Shown here: piece by piece, positions 12,075 through 22,160 of the stretch
Position numbering within the stretch: position 1 is the first letter of the stretch
Layout of the letters: each line of letters starts with the position of its first letter
From: Octopus sinensis
Lineage: Eukaryota
Length of the DNA stretch: 35,990 bases
Reading direction: 5' to 3'
Assembly: GCF_006345805.1 (NCBI RefSeq)
Contig: NW_021829664.1
Span: 1 to 35,990 of the forward strand
Position numbers and translations under genes: made by a program
Notes under the pieces: generated by a model
What the model saw: only the letters and a program-made list of their open reading frames with translations
Databases searched by the model: none
Told to the model about the DNA's origin: nothing

Positions 12075-12330
12075 TCACAGACGTGCGTGTAAAAAAAATG
12101 ACCAAAAAAGAAATGGAGATTTTGTGAAAGTACAAAGATCTCGAAATTGAAGTATTCAAGTAGTGGCCATGAAGGTGAAAACAATACCAGTAATAATGGT
12201 AGCATTAGATATGATTTTTAAAATTCATATGAACAAAAACCTAGACGCTATACCTGGATCCTCAGCACTGAACACTTATCCAAAAAAATAGCCCGCTCTG
12301 AACAGCCTATGCAGGACACTATCAATTTAA
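12075..12330 (+). mobile_element. R4/Dong-like LINE 3' coding fragment (restriction-like endonuclease C-terminus); a putative 3' UTR may run to an (AAT)n tail at about 13161
   Basis: KEMEIL*KYKDLEIEVFK*WPMKVKTIPVIMVALDMI and DAIPGSS...RTLSI match the KYKDLEIE...W.MK.KTIP.I.GALG...IPG...LRKTLSI C-terminus of R4/Dong-type ORFs. The 3' UTR extent is inference. Confidence 0.8.
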
Positions 12331-12467
12331 TTATGCAGCCCTAACAAAACAATCCACAAACACAAAACACTCGCTATATAGCAAATACCCAATAAAAGAG
12401 ACAGCCACTAACAGGCCGGAAGCCCAGTAGAGTGACACAACTCGCATCACATGCACAACACAAAATA

Positions 12468-12940
12468 AATAAATACATGTGCCCTTGTAAAGCCTAGCCA
12501 GGCGCATGGGCCCGGTTTCCCGGTTTCTATGGCGTATGTGTTCCCCACTGGACGGGACGCCAGTCCATCACAGCGTTACTCATTTTTGCCAGCTGAGTGG
12601 ACTGGAGCAACGTGAAATGAAGTGTTTTGCTCAAGAACACAACGCGTCGCCCGGTCCAGGAATCGAAACCAAAATCTTATGATCATGATGCTGACACCCT
12701 AACCACTAAGCTATGCGCCTCCTCTTGCGCCCTTTTAAAGCCTAGCTAGGCTCATTGGCCCGGTTTCCCGGTTTCAATGGCGTATGTGTTCCCCACTGGA
12801 CGGGACGCCAGTCCATCGCAGCGTTACTCATTTTTGCCAGGTGAGTGGACTGGAGCAACGTGAAATGAAGTGTTTTGCTCAAGAACACAATCTTACGATC
12901 ATGATGCTGACACCCTAACCACCAAGCCACGCGCCTCCAC
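12468..12940 (-). mobile_element. Tandem dimer of SINE family D (12468-12722 complete; 12726-12940 with the B-box region deleted)
   Basis: Two near-identical units are present. The - strand head of the left unit has A-box TAGCTTAGTGG and B-box GTTTCGATTCC, followed by a CORE-like cttgagcaaaacacttcatttcacgttgctccagtccactc and then gatggactggcgtcccgtccag. Confidence 0.9.
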
Positions 12941-13559
12941 ACAACACACAATACAAACACTATTACAACAAAATACGGTAACCAGACCCTTTCACAATAC
13001 AAACTGACGCAATACAATACTGGTAAGAGTTTGCACTCTTCTAACAACAACAAAAAAAGAACACAAAAAGTGGCACGCACCCCATCAACACGGAGGTGTA
13101 GCGGGTGAGGCAGTAGAAATTTGCCTGAAGCTACCAAACGTTGAATAATAATAATAATAATCTTTGAAGTTCGGGCGGAGTAAGAGGCAAAATAGGATTT
13201 CATTTCATTCGGTTACAGCCGTTTCAGAATTAACTTGCTATTGCATCAAATACTCTAATGCATAGGTATATAGACTGTATATACTCTTCTCACATAGTTA
13301 ACATTATGAAATGGCTGTAACCCAACAGCTTCAAATCTTATTTTACTTCAAATTTCTCTGAGATTTCAACGATTATTTTTATAATAATGACCAGAGTTGT
13401 AACATTATTATGAATGATCCCTCGATTTTCATGTCCTTAGACATGCTAATTGCTTCTTAAATTCAATTTCTGTGCAGCCTAGTAGCTGGTTCCCCAGCAG
13501 TGGAGCTTAGTAATTCCGCTTGATTCTCCGGAATATATTTTTAATCATATTTGTGTGCG

Positions 13560-13604
13560 TATATATATATATAATATATATATATAATATATATATAACA
13601 TTAC

Positions 13605-13658
<54 letters not shown>

Positions 13659-13765
13659 ATATATAATATATATATATATATTATATATACATATATATAT
13701 ATATATGCATGTATATGTTTGCGTATATATATACATATACATACACACACACATATATATATATG
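13560..13765. repeat. (TA)n-rich microsatellite field
   Basis: Seen directly. Confidence 0.95.
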
Positions 13766-13768
13766 CAT

Positions 13769-14035
13769 CGTGATCAATTGGTCGACCAGATTATCAAATA
13801 TCGCTACACTCACTGGTCACAATGCGCTTTGCATCGTTTCAGCTGACTAGGCATGTACGCCAGTATTCAGCCTATTTCGAAAGTTTGTCAATCACAGGAT
13901 TACCTGTTTATAGCTAAGTGGACTGGGGCCATGTGAAATGAAACGTTTTGCTTGAGAACACAGGGCACAGTCGATTTGAGAATCGAAGCTACAATCTCAC
14001 GATTAGCAGTGGAATACACCTTACCATTAGGCCAT
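13769..14035 (-). mobile_element. Decayed SINE fragments (family C tail 13769-13840; family D-like head/core 13890-14035)
   Basis: gctacactcactggtcacaatgcgctttgcatcgtt is C-like. gctaagtggactggggccatgtgaaatgaaacgttttgcttgagaacac is D-like. Confidence 0.7.
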
Positions 14036-14052
14036 ATATATATATATATATA

Positions 14053-14359
14053 TATCACCGTTACCACCGTGACCAACCAGGCTATCAGATGTAGCAACAC
14101 ATCGCTGGTCACAATGCGCTTCGCATTGTTTTAGCCTTCAAATGACGCCACCCCGCTGGCTAAGCGAGCAGGCCGACAGAAGAAAGAATGATAGAAAAGT
14201 GTGGCGAAAGAGTACAGCAGGGATCGCCACCTGCCGGAGCCTCGTGGAGCTATAGGTGTTTTCGCTCAATAAACACTCACAACGCCCGGTCTGGGAATCG
14301 AAACCGCGATCCTACAACCGTGAGTCCGCTGCCCTAACCACTGGGCCATTTCGCCTCCA
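14053..14359 (-). mobile_element. Full-length SINE family C
   Basis: The - strand head is ggaggcgaaatggcccagtggttagggcagcggactc...gtttcgattcccagaccgggcg, with A-box TGGCCCAGTGG and B-box GTTTCGATTCC. Its 3' part recurs at 11182, 13769 and 27048. Confidence 0.9.
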
Positions 14360-14485
14360 TATATATATACATATATACATATGTACATATGTGTATATAT
14401 ATGCATATATATATATATATATATATACATATTTATACATATATATGTGTGTGGGTAAAGAGAGAAAGTGAAAGATACAAACGAT

Positions 14486-14487
<2 letters not shown>

Positions 14488-14522
<35 letters not shown>

Positions 14523-14570
14523 GTAGGTAGGTAGGTAGGTAGGTAGGTAGGTAGGTAGGTAGGTAGATGG
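14488..14570. repeat. (GATA)n-(GGTA)n tetranucleotide microsatellite
   Basis: Seen directly. Confidence 0.95.
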
Positions 14571-15399
14571 ATTGTTGTAGATATATTCTAATTTACTTAA
14601 CTGATAATTCAATATAATGCCGAATAGGTTTCTTACCTTATCTACTAACTAATACACCTGAATAATATTTAAATCGATGTTTTGTTGTATGTGTATCTTC
14701 AGTGTTTGTGTAAATAAGATTAGCAGATATAACTGGCTTAACTTGTGGCGAGCTTAAGCAATAGGCATGCGCAAATGGAAGCTAGGACAGAGGATTTTGA
14801 ATCACGGTTTAGTCAATACAAAGAATAAGAAATGGTATTATCAAGGCATATGAATAGATCAAATCTTGAAATGCTTTTTGAACAAATGGAAGCAATCAGC
14901 TAGCAATAAGCTTACAATACTGGATGTTAGAAGGAACTAGTTTAGAATACATATATCTTCACTATCAGCATCTAAAGCTTATAACGCCATGTCAGATTTG
15001 AAACCAGCGGTATGGAGAAGAACACCGCCTCAGAATTATAAATAGAGAAATATCAAGGAAGCGAATAATTATTCGAAATAAATGGTTACATAATATTTTC
15101 AATTCTCGTTAATCCCTATCAAACCTGAAGAAAACATCCTTGGCATCTGCTTTTGAATTAAAAGAAAATTCCAATTTTAGAATTACTTGTACATTTTTTT
15201 TTAAGTTTTTAAGTACAACGACTTATGAATTACACAAAATTTGTTATCCTTCAGACATAACTGAACTGACACCGGTATTTCCAGCGCCTTCATATATGAA
15301 TATATTTACTGCAGACATAAACTGGACAGGAAGTAAAGAATGCTCTACAGACTTGTAGTAATGATTTAACATGAGAACAAGTATCACCACCACTACCAT

Positions 15400-15502
15400 T
15401 TCTTCTACAACTACTACTACTACTACTACTAAGAAGAAGAAGAAGAAGAAGTAGAAGAAGAAGAAGAAGAAAAGAGAAGAAGAAGAAGAAGAAGAAGAAG
15501 AA
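15400..15502. repeat. (CTA)n-(AAG)n microsatellite
   Basis: Seen directly. Confidence 0.95.
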
Positions 15503-15668
15503 ACACATGCTGGTGTGTTTACGTCCCCGTTACTTAGCGGTTCGACAAAATAGACCGATAGAATAAGTACTAGGCTTCCAAAGAATAAGTCCTGGGGTCG
15601 ATTTTGCTCGACTAAAGGCGGTGCTCCAGCATGGCTGCAGTCAAATGACTGAAACAAGTAAAAAGAAT
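15503..15668 (+). mobile_element. SINE family B tail module without a recognisable head
   Basis: ggtgtgtttacgtccccgttacttagcggttcg...gatagaataagtactaggc...ctggggtcgattttgctcgactaaaggcggtgctccagcatggc...gactgaaacaagtaaaaag. Confidence 0.9.
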
Positions 15669-15729
15669 AACATAATTACTACCAAATATTTAACAAATCT
15701 ACATTAACGTTAAATATTTGGTTACACTT

Positions 15730-16030
15730 AATGTCGGATGAGATAATAAATGAAGAGATGTGACAAAAGGATGAGGAGCAGGTGCCGGTGAAAGAACAGA
15801 TCCTGAAGCGTATGTGAAGTAGGATAGGACACACATTTAGAAAACCGGCATTTTGGAACATATGAGAAAGAGGAAAGAGGGTGAGATAAAAATATGAAGG
15901 GGCTTGATAATGAGGCACTGTTTAAAAAATCCCGGCCTCTAACTTTTGAGAAGCGGAAAAGATAAGCCAAAGTCAAGAACAGTAGAAATAGGTTGGCAAA
16001 AACCTATGCTCCACAGAGAGGTGGAGCTTA
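15730..16030 (+). mobile_element. RTE-clade LINE 3' fragment
   Basis: IINEEM*QKDEEQVPVKEQILKRM*SRIGHTFRKPA matches the RTE C-terminal ISNEELWQR...PVEEQILRRKW.WIGHTLRKP. The fragment ends in a decayed LCSTE-like terminus. Confidence 0.8.
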
Positions 16031-17118
16031 AGAAATAAGTACATTTAATGTCGAATAAATTTTGATTCCTAACTGTCTAAAATGAATCCCGCAGCTGGCC
16101 AATACGATATATTTAGTTGTCCAAGCCCGCTTGCGATTCTTTCCGTAGTCACACAACCTATGAGAAATAACAGATAAATATCCGTCCAATCGCACTTTAT
16201 CGTGTCAACACAGAACAAAGAAGACAGTAACAGGGGAGGCTCAGATACAATTCATTTAGGAAAAAAAACTGAAGGACAGACGCACTGTACAAGGATGTGT
16301 ATTCAGGTGGGTGGAACAGGGGTAAGCAACAACTAAATAACAGTTGTTAGTCTTCATACAATGAAACCCAATAATGCTTCTTGGGCCTGAAAATGGCAAC
16401 GTCAAGATATTCGAAAGAATTAACGATAAAATAAAGGAAAATGATGGTTGGATACACAGAGATCTTCGAATGTAGTTAAAATGAGATAATATAAGTGTAG
16501 ACATATACAAAGGTATAAAAACAGAAATAAAGGCACTTCACTTTCTGAAAATATCTGCGAACTGAAAAGAAAAGAATTATCTGTTAAAACGTAAAGTGGA
16601 AGTTATTTTCCTTCACTAAGACTTCTACAATCGCTAAACCAAAATACTAAATTTGGAAAACTAAGATATTTAAGATATTCAAATACTACAGGATACAGGT
16701 ATATATACATCCATACGTATGTATATATAGATATACGCATAAATATAGAAGGATGTACAGAAATATTTTATGCAATTACATCATTTTATATATATATATA
16801 TATAAGCGTGCTTGTGTATAAAATGTAGTTACATAAAATATTTTTAGGTTTAGATAGTGGTATATAAAAAATATTGAAATATTTTGTGTGTGTATGTGTG
16901 TGTCTATACAGAGAGAGACAGAGAGAGCTAACAGATGAGATCGAGAGAGACACTGTATAGAAAACAAAAGCGCTCAAAAGATTTGAACTTCGAAATATTA
17001 ACCGAGGACCCAGTCGGCGGAGTAAATAGTGGTTGTAAGGTGAATCCAAGAGAGCAGATATGGAGACAATGATGCAAATAAACAGATAAGACGCCTTGGG
17101 TTTGATATACAAAATATA

Positions 17119-17414
17119 AAGGGTAGGTAAAAAGTTACTTGGCATTAAAATTGGTGATAAAATCCATTTTCCTTTTACGAACTTATTGAAAAAAATTATA
17201 CATGTTCTTTATATTACATGGAAAAATGAAAGTAAATCTTCATATTTCAGCGTAAGCAGCGGTGGCGTCAACTAGTTTCCCCAAATAGCCAGGGATGGAA
17301 TGAATAACCTTCTAAAGCACATCTTCTGGGATATCCTTGAGAACCTACCAAATCCGTGTCTCCAAGTCCTTCAATGTGCGAGGTTTTGTCTTGTACACCT
17401 CTTTTGTGCGTATC
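17119..17414 (-). mobile_element. Tc1/mariner DNA transposon 3' end (transposase C-terminus plus probable TIR)
   Basis: The - strand gives KEVYKTKPRTLKDLETRIW*VLKDIPEDVL*KVIHSIPGYLGKLVDATAAYAEI* (stop at 17240-17242), like the Tc1 C-terminal K.KVY...P.TL.EL...I...GAY.E. The sequence ta|aagggtaggtaaaaagttac at 17117 resembles a TA|CAGGGTG-type TIR. Confidence 0.8.
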
Positions 17415-17512
17415 AAGACAATTATCCCCACCCTAGGACAAATACCTCCATAGGACAATTCTCCCCGACGACAACTTCCTCTTAGGACAATTACACCCCC
17501 CACCCCCAGTTA
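17415..17512. repeat. Five short imperfect direct repeats with a (G)GACAA(T/A/C)T core and C-rich spacers
   Basis: aagacaattatccccaccc / taggacaaatacctcca / taggacaattctccccg / acgacaacttcctct / taggacaattacacccccc. Confidence 0.8.
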
Positions 17513-17554
17513 ATTACCTCTCTCCAATATATTAAGAAGTTTTAAATCATCATC

Positions 17555-17960
17555 TAAGAGTGCAAATTATACGCGGTTCCACGCAAGTATTGTATCACAT
17601 TCATGCTTTCATAATTGCTAACTACGGCATTAATACGGGCTGAAACATCTAAATATTTCTTTCTAGATAGCTGTTTAGTAAAACCCGTCAAGGATTGAGT
17701 TGTAATGCTTGCTCTATTTTGATATATTTTAAAAGCCTCCGAATGTTTGGGTTGTGACAACCAGCATTTGATAAGAAAAAATAAAACTCCTGTGCCACCC
17801 TTCCAAAGCATTGTTTGTCCTTGGAAGTTCATCCGACGTTCTGTTGTATATATTCCATAAATCCATTCCAAACAACGGGTTTCGCCGTCTTCTTCTTCGA
17901 CATGTTCGTCCTAAATGTGTATTGGGTTGTCCGGAAAGTTCGTGCCGATTTATAGTAGCT
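17555..17960 (-). mobile_element. MULE (Mutator-like) transposase C-terminal fossil
   Basis: The - strand gives GRTCRRRRRNPLFGMDLWNIYNRTSDELPRTNNALEGWHRSF, then after a frameshift RKKYLDVSARINAVVSNYESMNVIQYLRGTAYNL. PRTNN.LEGWH and YLRGIAHNL are hallmark motifs of animal MULE transposases. Confidence 0.88.
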
Positions 17961-18405
17961 TACCTTATGACTTGGTTAACGTTCAAGAATAAATATGTAT
18001 TTAATCGTCTGAAAATCTTTCAGTATACATGTGTGTGTGTGTGTGTGTGTCTGTCTGTGTCTGTGTCTGTGTGTACTCTACATCATATAGTATTATATCA
18101 CAGACTTCAGCCAAAGAATGTGGCCTTGCTGGCGTACACCTCTTGGCGCAAATGTTTGTTTATTTTAGACTCATTTCTTGGTCCTGTCTCTGGATTTGGT
18201 TCTGGTGCAAAAGCGAATTTGACAGAGCTGTCCTTCTCTGCATTTCTAGTTGTGAATGGGGTATACAGACCGTCAGAGAGATAGACTGAACACAAAGATG
18301 GAGAGACGGGCTTGGCAGAAAGCACATAGGTTATATTTTGTTATCGATTTATTTTCATAGTCCTTTCTTAGATTAAAACATGTAAGTAATATACATGTAT
18401 GTACC

Positions 18406-18441
<36 letters not shown>

Positions 18442-18444
18442 ATA

Positions 18445-18483
<39 letters not shown>

Positions 18484-18485
<2 letters not shown>

Positions 18486-18843
18486 CGGGAAGCTTTATGA
18501 AAATAGACAAAAGACGAAGGCAGGTGGAAAACAAACAAACAATTGTATTAGTATGGCGCTCAGGAAATATAAATAAAACAAGTCTATATATATAAAATAA
18601 AATACAAAATGGGACAAGAACGCAAAACATCCGGACAACTAGATGATACAAAAGGGGACAACAAAACATCCAGATAGATGATACAAAAAAAAAACACGGA
18701 CGGATCATTCGAAACCTTTTATCTTCAGTCAAGAACCGGATCATCCTCGCAATTTCGGCTGATTAATCTTGAGATTGCTCCAATTTGCCCAGCTCCGAGA
18801 AAAAAACTAAGCTAAGAGCATTAGATTCCTTGGAAAGAAAGCA

Positions 18844-18846
<3 letters not shown>
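18484..18846 (-). mobile_element. (TA)n-flanked AT-rich interspersed element, probably a Penelope-type terminal-repeat derivative
   Basis: It is bounded on both sides by pure (TA)n. Its - strand 3' end (ctaatacaattgtttg...ccttcgtcttttgtc) aligns with 27817-27895. The PLE origin is inference. Confidence 0.6.
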
Positions 18847-18894
<48 letters not shown>

Positions 18895-18898
<4 letters not shown>

Positions 18899-19162
18899 AA
18901 TGTTTATAATTATGAGCATAATTACGTAAGCACAAACTAAATATTGCTGTCTGGGAGATATCTTATGGTAGTATAATAGTATTTTAACTGCTATTTCTAA
19001 ATTTCGGTTTGTGGTGAAGCAAATTTTGCTAAACCCTAATTATAATTATGCTCATAATTATAAAATTTTTGTACAAATTTACCGACAATGGTTTCTTTTA
19101 ATATACCGAACTACTTGGTAAAATTATTAACTATTAATTGATTAATTAATTTTACCCTTTAC

Positions 19163-19165
<3 letters not shown>
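18895..19165. mobile_element. (TA)n-flanked AT-rich element with a 22-bp inverted repeat
   Basis: 18903-18924 is the exact reverse complement of 19043-19064. The reverse complement of 19080-19165 resembles 27352-27435. Confidence 0.55.
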
Positions 19166-19196
<31 letters not shown>

Positions 19197-19574
19197 TATT
19201 ATTATTATTACTATATATATATATATAATATATATATAAAACACCCTCACACATATATATGCCTGCACGTGTGTGTGTGTTTGTGTGTGTGCAGTGTTTG
19301 TGTTTTGTGTGTGTTAGATGCGTGCGTCGGTGCCGTTTGACGATGAGCATAACGTTGTTGACTATTAATGCTTATCTAATTGTCCGTCCTTTCTACGAAC
19401 AACTTATTCCTGCCGTAACAATGAATCTCAACCCTGCATGCCAGGACGGAAATACTTTAAATTAAACAAAAGAGATATTCTTTACGATGTGGAATGCCAC
19501 TTTCGGGCCTATTATGCTGTAGCTATTCAGGTCGAGGGACCTGAATAATATTTACATACACAAATATTTACATA

Positions 19575-19645
19575 CATAAAGGTGGTGCTCCAGCATGGCC
19601 GCAGTCAAATGACTGAAACGAGTAAAAGAGTAAAAGAGTAAAAGA
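19575..19645 (+). mobile_element. SINE family B terminal fragment with a triplicated (gagtaaaa) end
   Basis: taaaggtggtgctccagcatggccgcagtcaaatgactgaaac-gagtaaaa-gagtaaaa-gagtaaaa-gagtaaa. Confidence 0.85.
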
Positions 19646-19761
19646 GTAAACACGCACACACATACATGCACACTCAATCACACTCAAACATGCACTCACA
19701 TGCACTTGCACGCACGCATGCACGCACATATATATGTACTTACATATATGCATTTAAATGA

Positions 19762-19793
<32 letters not shown>

Positions 19794-19794
19794 C

Positions 19795-20019
19795 GGCGGC
19801 GAGCTGGCAGAAACGTTAGCACGCCGGCGAATGCGTAGTCGTATTTCGTCTGCCGTTACGTTTCTGAGTTCAAATTCCGCCAAGGTCGACTTTGCCTTTC
19901 ATCCTTTCGGGGTCGATAATTAAGTACCAGTTACGCACTGGGGTCGATGTAATCGACTTAACCCGTTTGTCTGTCCTTGTTTGTCCCCTCTATGTTTAGC
20001 CCCTTGTGGGTAATAAAGA

Positions 20020-20021
<2 letters not shown>
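19795..20021 (+). mobile_element. Full-length SINE family A
   Basis: ggcggcgagctggcagaaacgttagc (A-box-like), gagttcaaattccgcc (B-box-like), gtcgactttgcctttcatcctttcggggtcgat...taagtaccag, and the ccccttgtgggtaataaagaaa tail. It lies between two (TA)n tracts. Confidence 0.92.
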
Positions 20022-20066
<45 letters not shown>

Positions 20067-20072
<6 letters not shown>

Positions 20073-20405
20073 TTGCAAGATTTTTGATGTAAAATCGTGT
20101 GTTGAAACAGATATTGTTGTATTAGGAATGTCATTTTGCCAGATTAGCCAATAAAAGAATGAAGACACATACAATAGAAATACAAAATACAAAATGGCTG
20201 ACCGTTAGTAAGGAGATACACACAAATAAGAAAGAAGAAAGCAAAATACCACTGAAGCGGTCACAGGAGTGTGAAGAAAGAACTCTGGCCGAAATAAGAT
20301 TAAAAATTAAAGTAAAAAATAAATAACGCTGAAGCAAAGTACACCAAATATACAGTGCATGTGTTTTTATTGGCTAAACAGGCAAAATGACCATTCCTAA
20401 ATACA

Positions 20406-20410
<5 letters not shown>
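20067..20410. mobile_element. (TA)n-flanked element with about 42-bp inverted arms
   Basis: 20115-20156 (tgttgtattaggaatgtcattttgccagattagccaataaaa) pairs with 20364-20407 (ttttattggctaaacaggcaaaatgaccattcctaaatacaata). Confidence 0.7.
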
Positions 20411-20444
<34 letters not shown>

Positions 20445-20452
<8 letters not shown>

Positions 20453-20685
20453 TATTAGACAAAACCACTATTTTGCAAAACAAACAAGAACAATTGTAGT
20501 GGCGGTTTTTTTTTGACTATTTATTAAAATTTTATATATTGATTAAGTCTTTCCTTGTTTGTTTGTTTTGCAAATAGTGGTTTTGTCTCTAATAATATTT
20601 ATAATATTTTACTATAAATTGGATTTAATCCTAAATCTGATTTTTTCCCTGTAAATTTGGATTTATTCCTAATATTTATTCTTTA
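20445..20685. mobile_element. (TA)n-flanked element with about 38-bp inverted arms
   Basis: 20451-20488 (attattagacaaaaccactattttgcaaaacaaacaag) pairs with 20559-20596 (ttgtttgttttgcaaatagtggttttgtctctaataat), with two small indels. Confidence 0.7.
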
Positions 20686-21119
20686 TATATATATATATAT
20701 ATATACATATACCAAATATATACGTTTTTATTATTTTTTTGCAATTTACTTAATCTTCGGTATATTATTGTTACTTTAATTTTAATATTTCTATTATATG
20801 TAATTTTCTAGATGGTGTAATTTAATTGTTCATTTTGAATTGATAAAAGGTATTTTTTTCTAATATATATATGTGTGTGTGTGTGTGTATTCATAGGCAT
20901 ATATGTGTACATATATATATACATATATATATATATTCTGAGTATTCCAAGCGTATATATATATATACACAATTATATATATTCTGAGTAATCCAGCGTA
21001 TCTAATGTAATGCTTACCGTTCTCTGTATATCCTGATGATTTTCCATACAGGGTATTTTAAATGCAAAATTATATATTCATATATGCTTTGTAATTTTAA
21101 TTTTGTCTTTGAAATGAAA

Positions 21120-21127
21120 CAATTGTA

Positions 21128-21169
<42 letters not shown>

Positions 21170-21279
21170 TATATAATATATATATATGTATATATATATG
21201 AGTGTGTGTGTCTATATTATAGATCTATGTAAATATATACATATGTGTATACATATTTATATATATGTATATGTATATA

Positions 21280-21326
<47 letters not shown>

Positions 21327-21330
21327 GTGT
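21120..21330. repeat. (TA)n microsatellite field
   Basis: Seen directly. Confidence 0.95.
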
Positions 21331-21730
21331 TTGTTTGTATGTATGCAATTTGTACACTCCTATATACAATATACGTACATGTATGCAAAGACACATACCC
21401 ACATATGTACAAATTGAGATCGGATAATTACTATGCAAAAAAATAACAAAAACAAACATATTTTTCTTTTCCTTTATTTCCACACATTTTTTGATCTACT
21501 GCGAATACTGAATGTGAATTACTTTCATTTAAGTTCTCTCGTAAACCAGAAATTTTATATGTAGTTTAACTTGCTTTAAAAGTTGTTGACTACGGACAGG
21601 GTTTTAGGCATAATCTGTTCTCTGGGGACGAAATACTATAGAAGTTTCTAGAATATGTAAACAAATATTCTACCCTTCTGATAACAATGTACATCCGTAT
21701 GAGCGTGTGTATTTGATGTATTATATATGC

Positions 21731-21761
<31 letters not shown>

Positions 21762-21779
21762 AACGAATCAAACTGTTTA

Positions 21780-22160
<381 letters not shown>

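Noticed and set aside
12035-12075. Strong minus-strand donor CAG|GTAAGT with a possible 27-nt microexon (also AAG|GTAAGT at about 10750 on +)
   Set aside because: Isolated splice-like hexamers are expected by chance in 36 kb. The upstream sequence is a LINE fragment or microsatellite.
14270-14359. tRNA genes at A-box/B-box sequences (also 8735, 12640-12722, 19795, 31112-31278, 32924)
   Set aside because: No complete cloverleaf or acceptor stem is present. Each continues into a multi-copy SINE body.
16452-16475. IHRDL, a protein-kinase catalytic-loop-like motif
   Set aside because: It is followed by RM-stop, with no K/A-x-x-N, no DFG and no usable splice donor. It is a chance match.
17415-17512. 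CRISPR-like repeat-spacer array
   Set aside because: The repeats are only about 8 bp and degenerate, the spacers are about 10 bp and C-rich, there are no cas genes, and the context is eukaryotic.
18107-18150. RQEVYASKAT and an 11-bp match (aagaggtgtac) to the Tc1 fragment, suggesting the missing Tc1 half
   Set aside because: The upstream sequence lacks the SPDL.P motif and the match duplicates rather than continues the fragment.
18702-18730. Minus-strand CUGAAGA...CGAAU as a second hammerhead
   Set aside because: It has GAAU instead of GAAA, and I could not build stem I or stem II.
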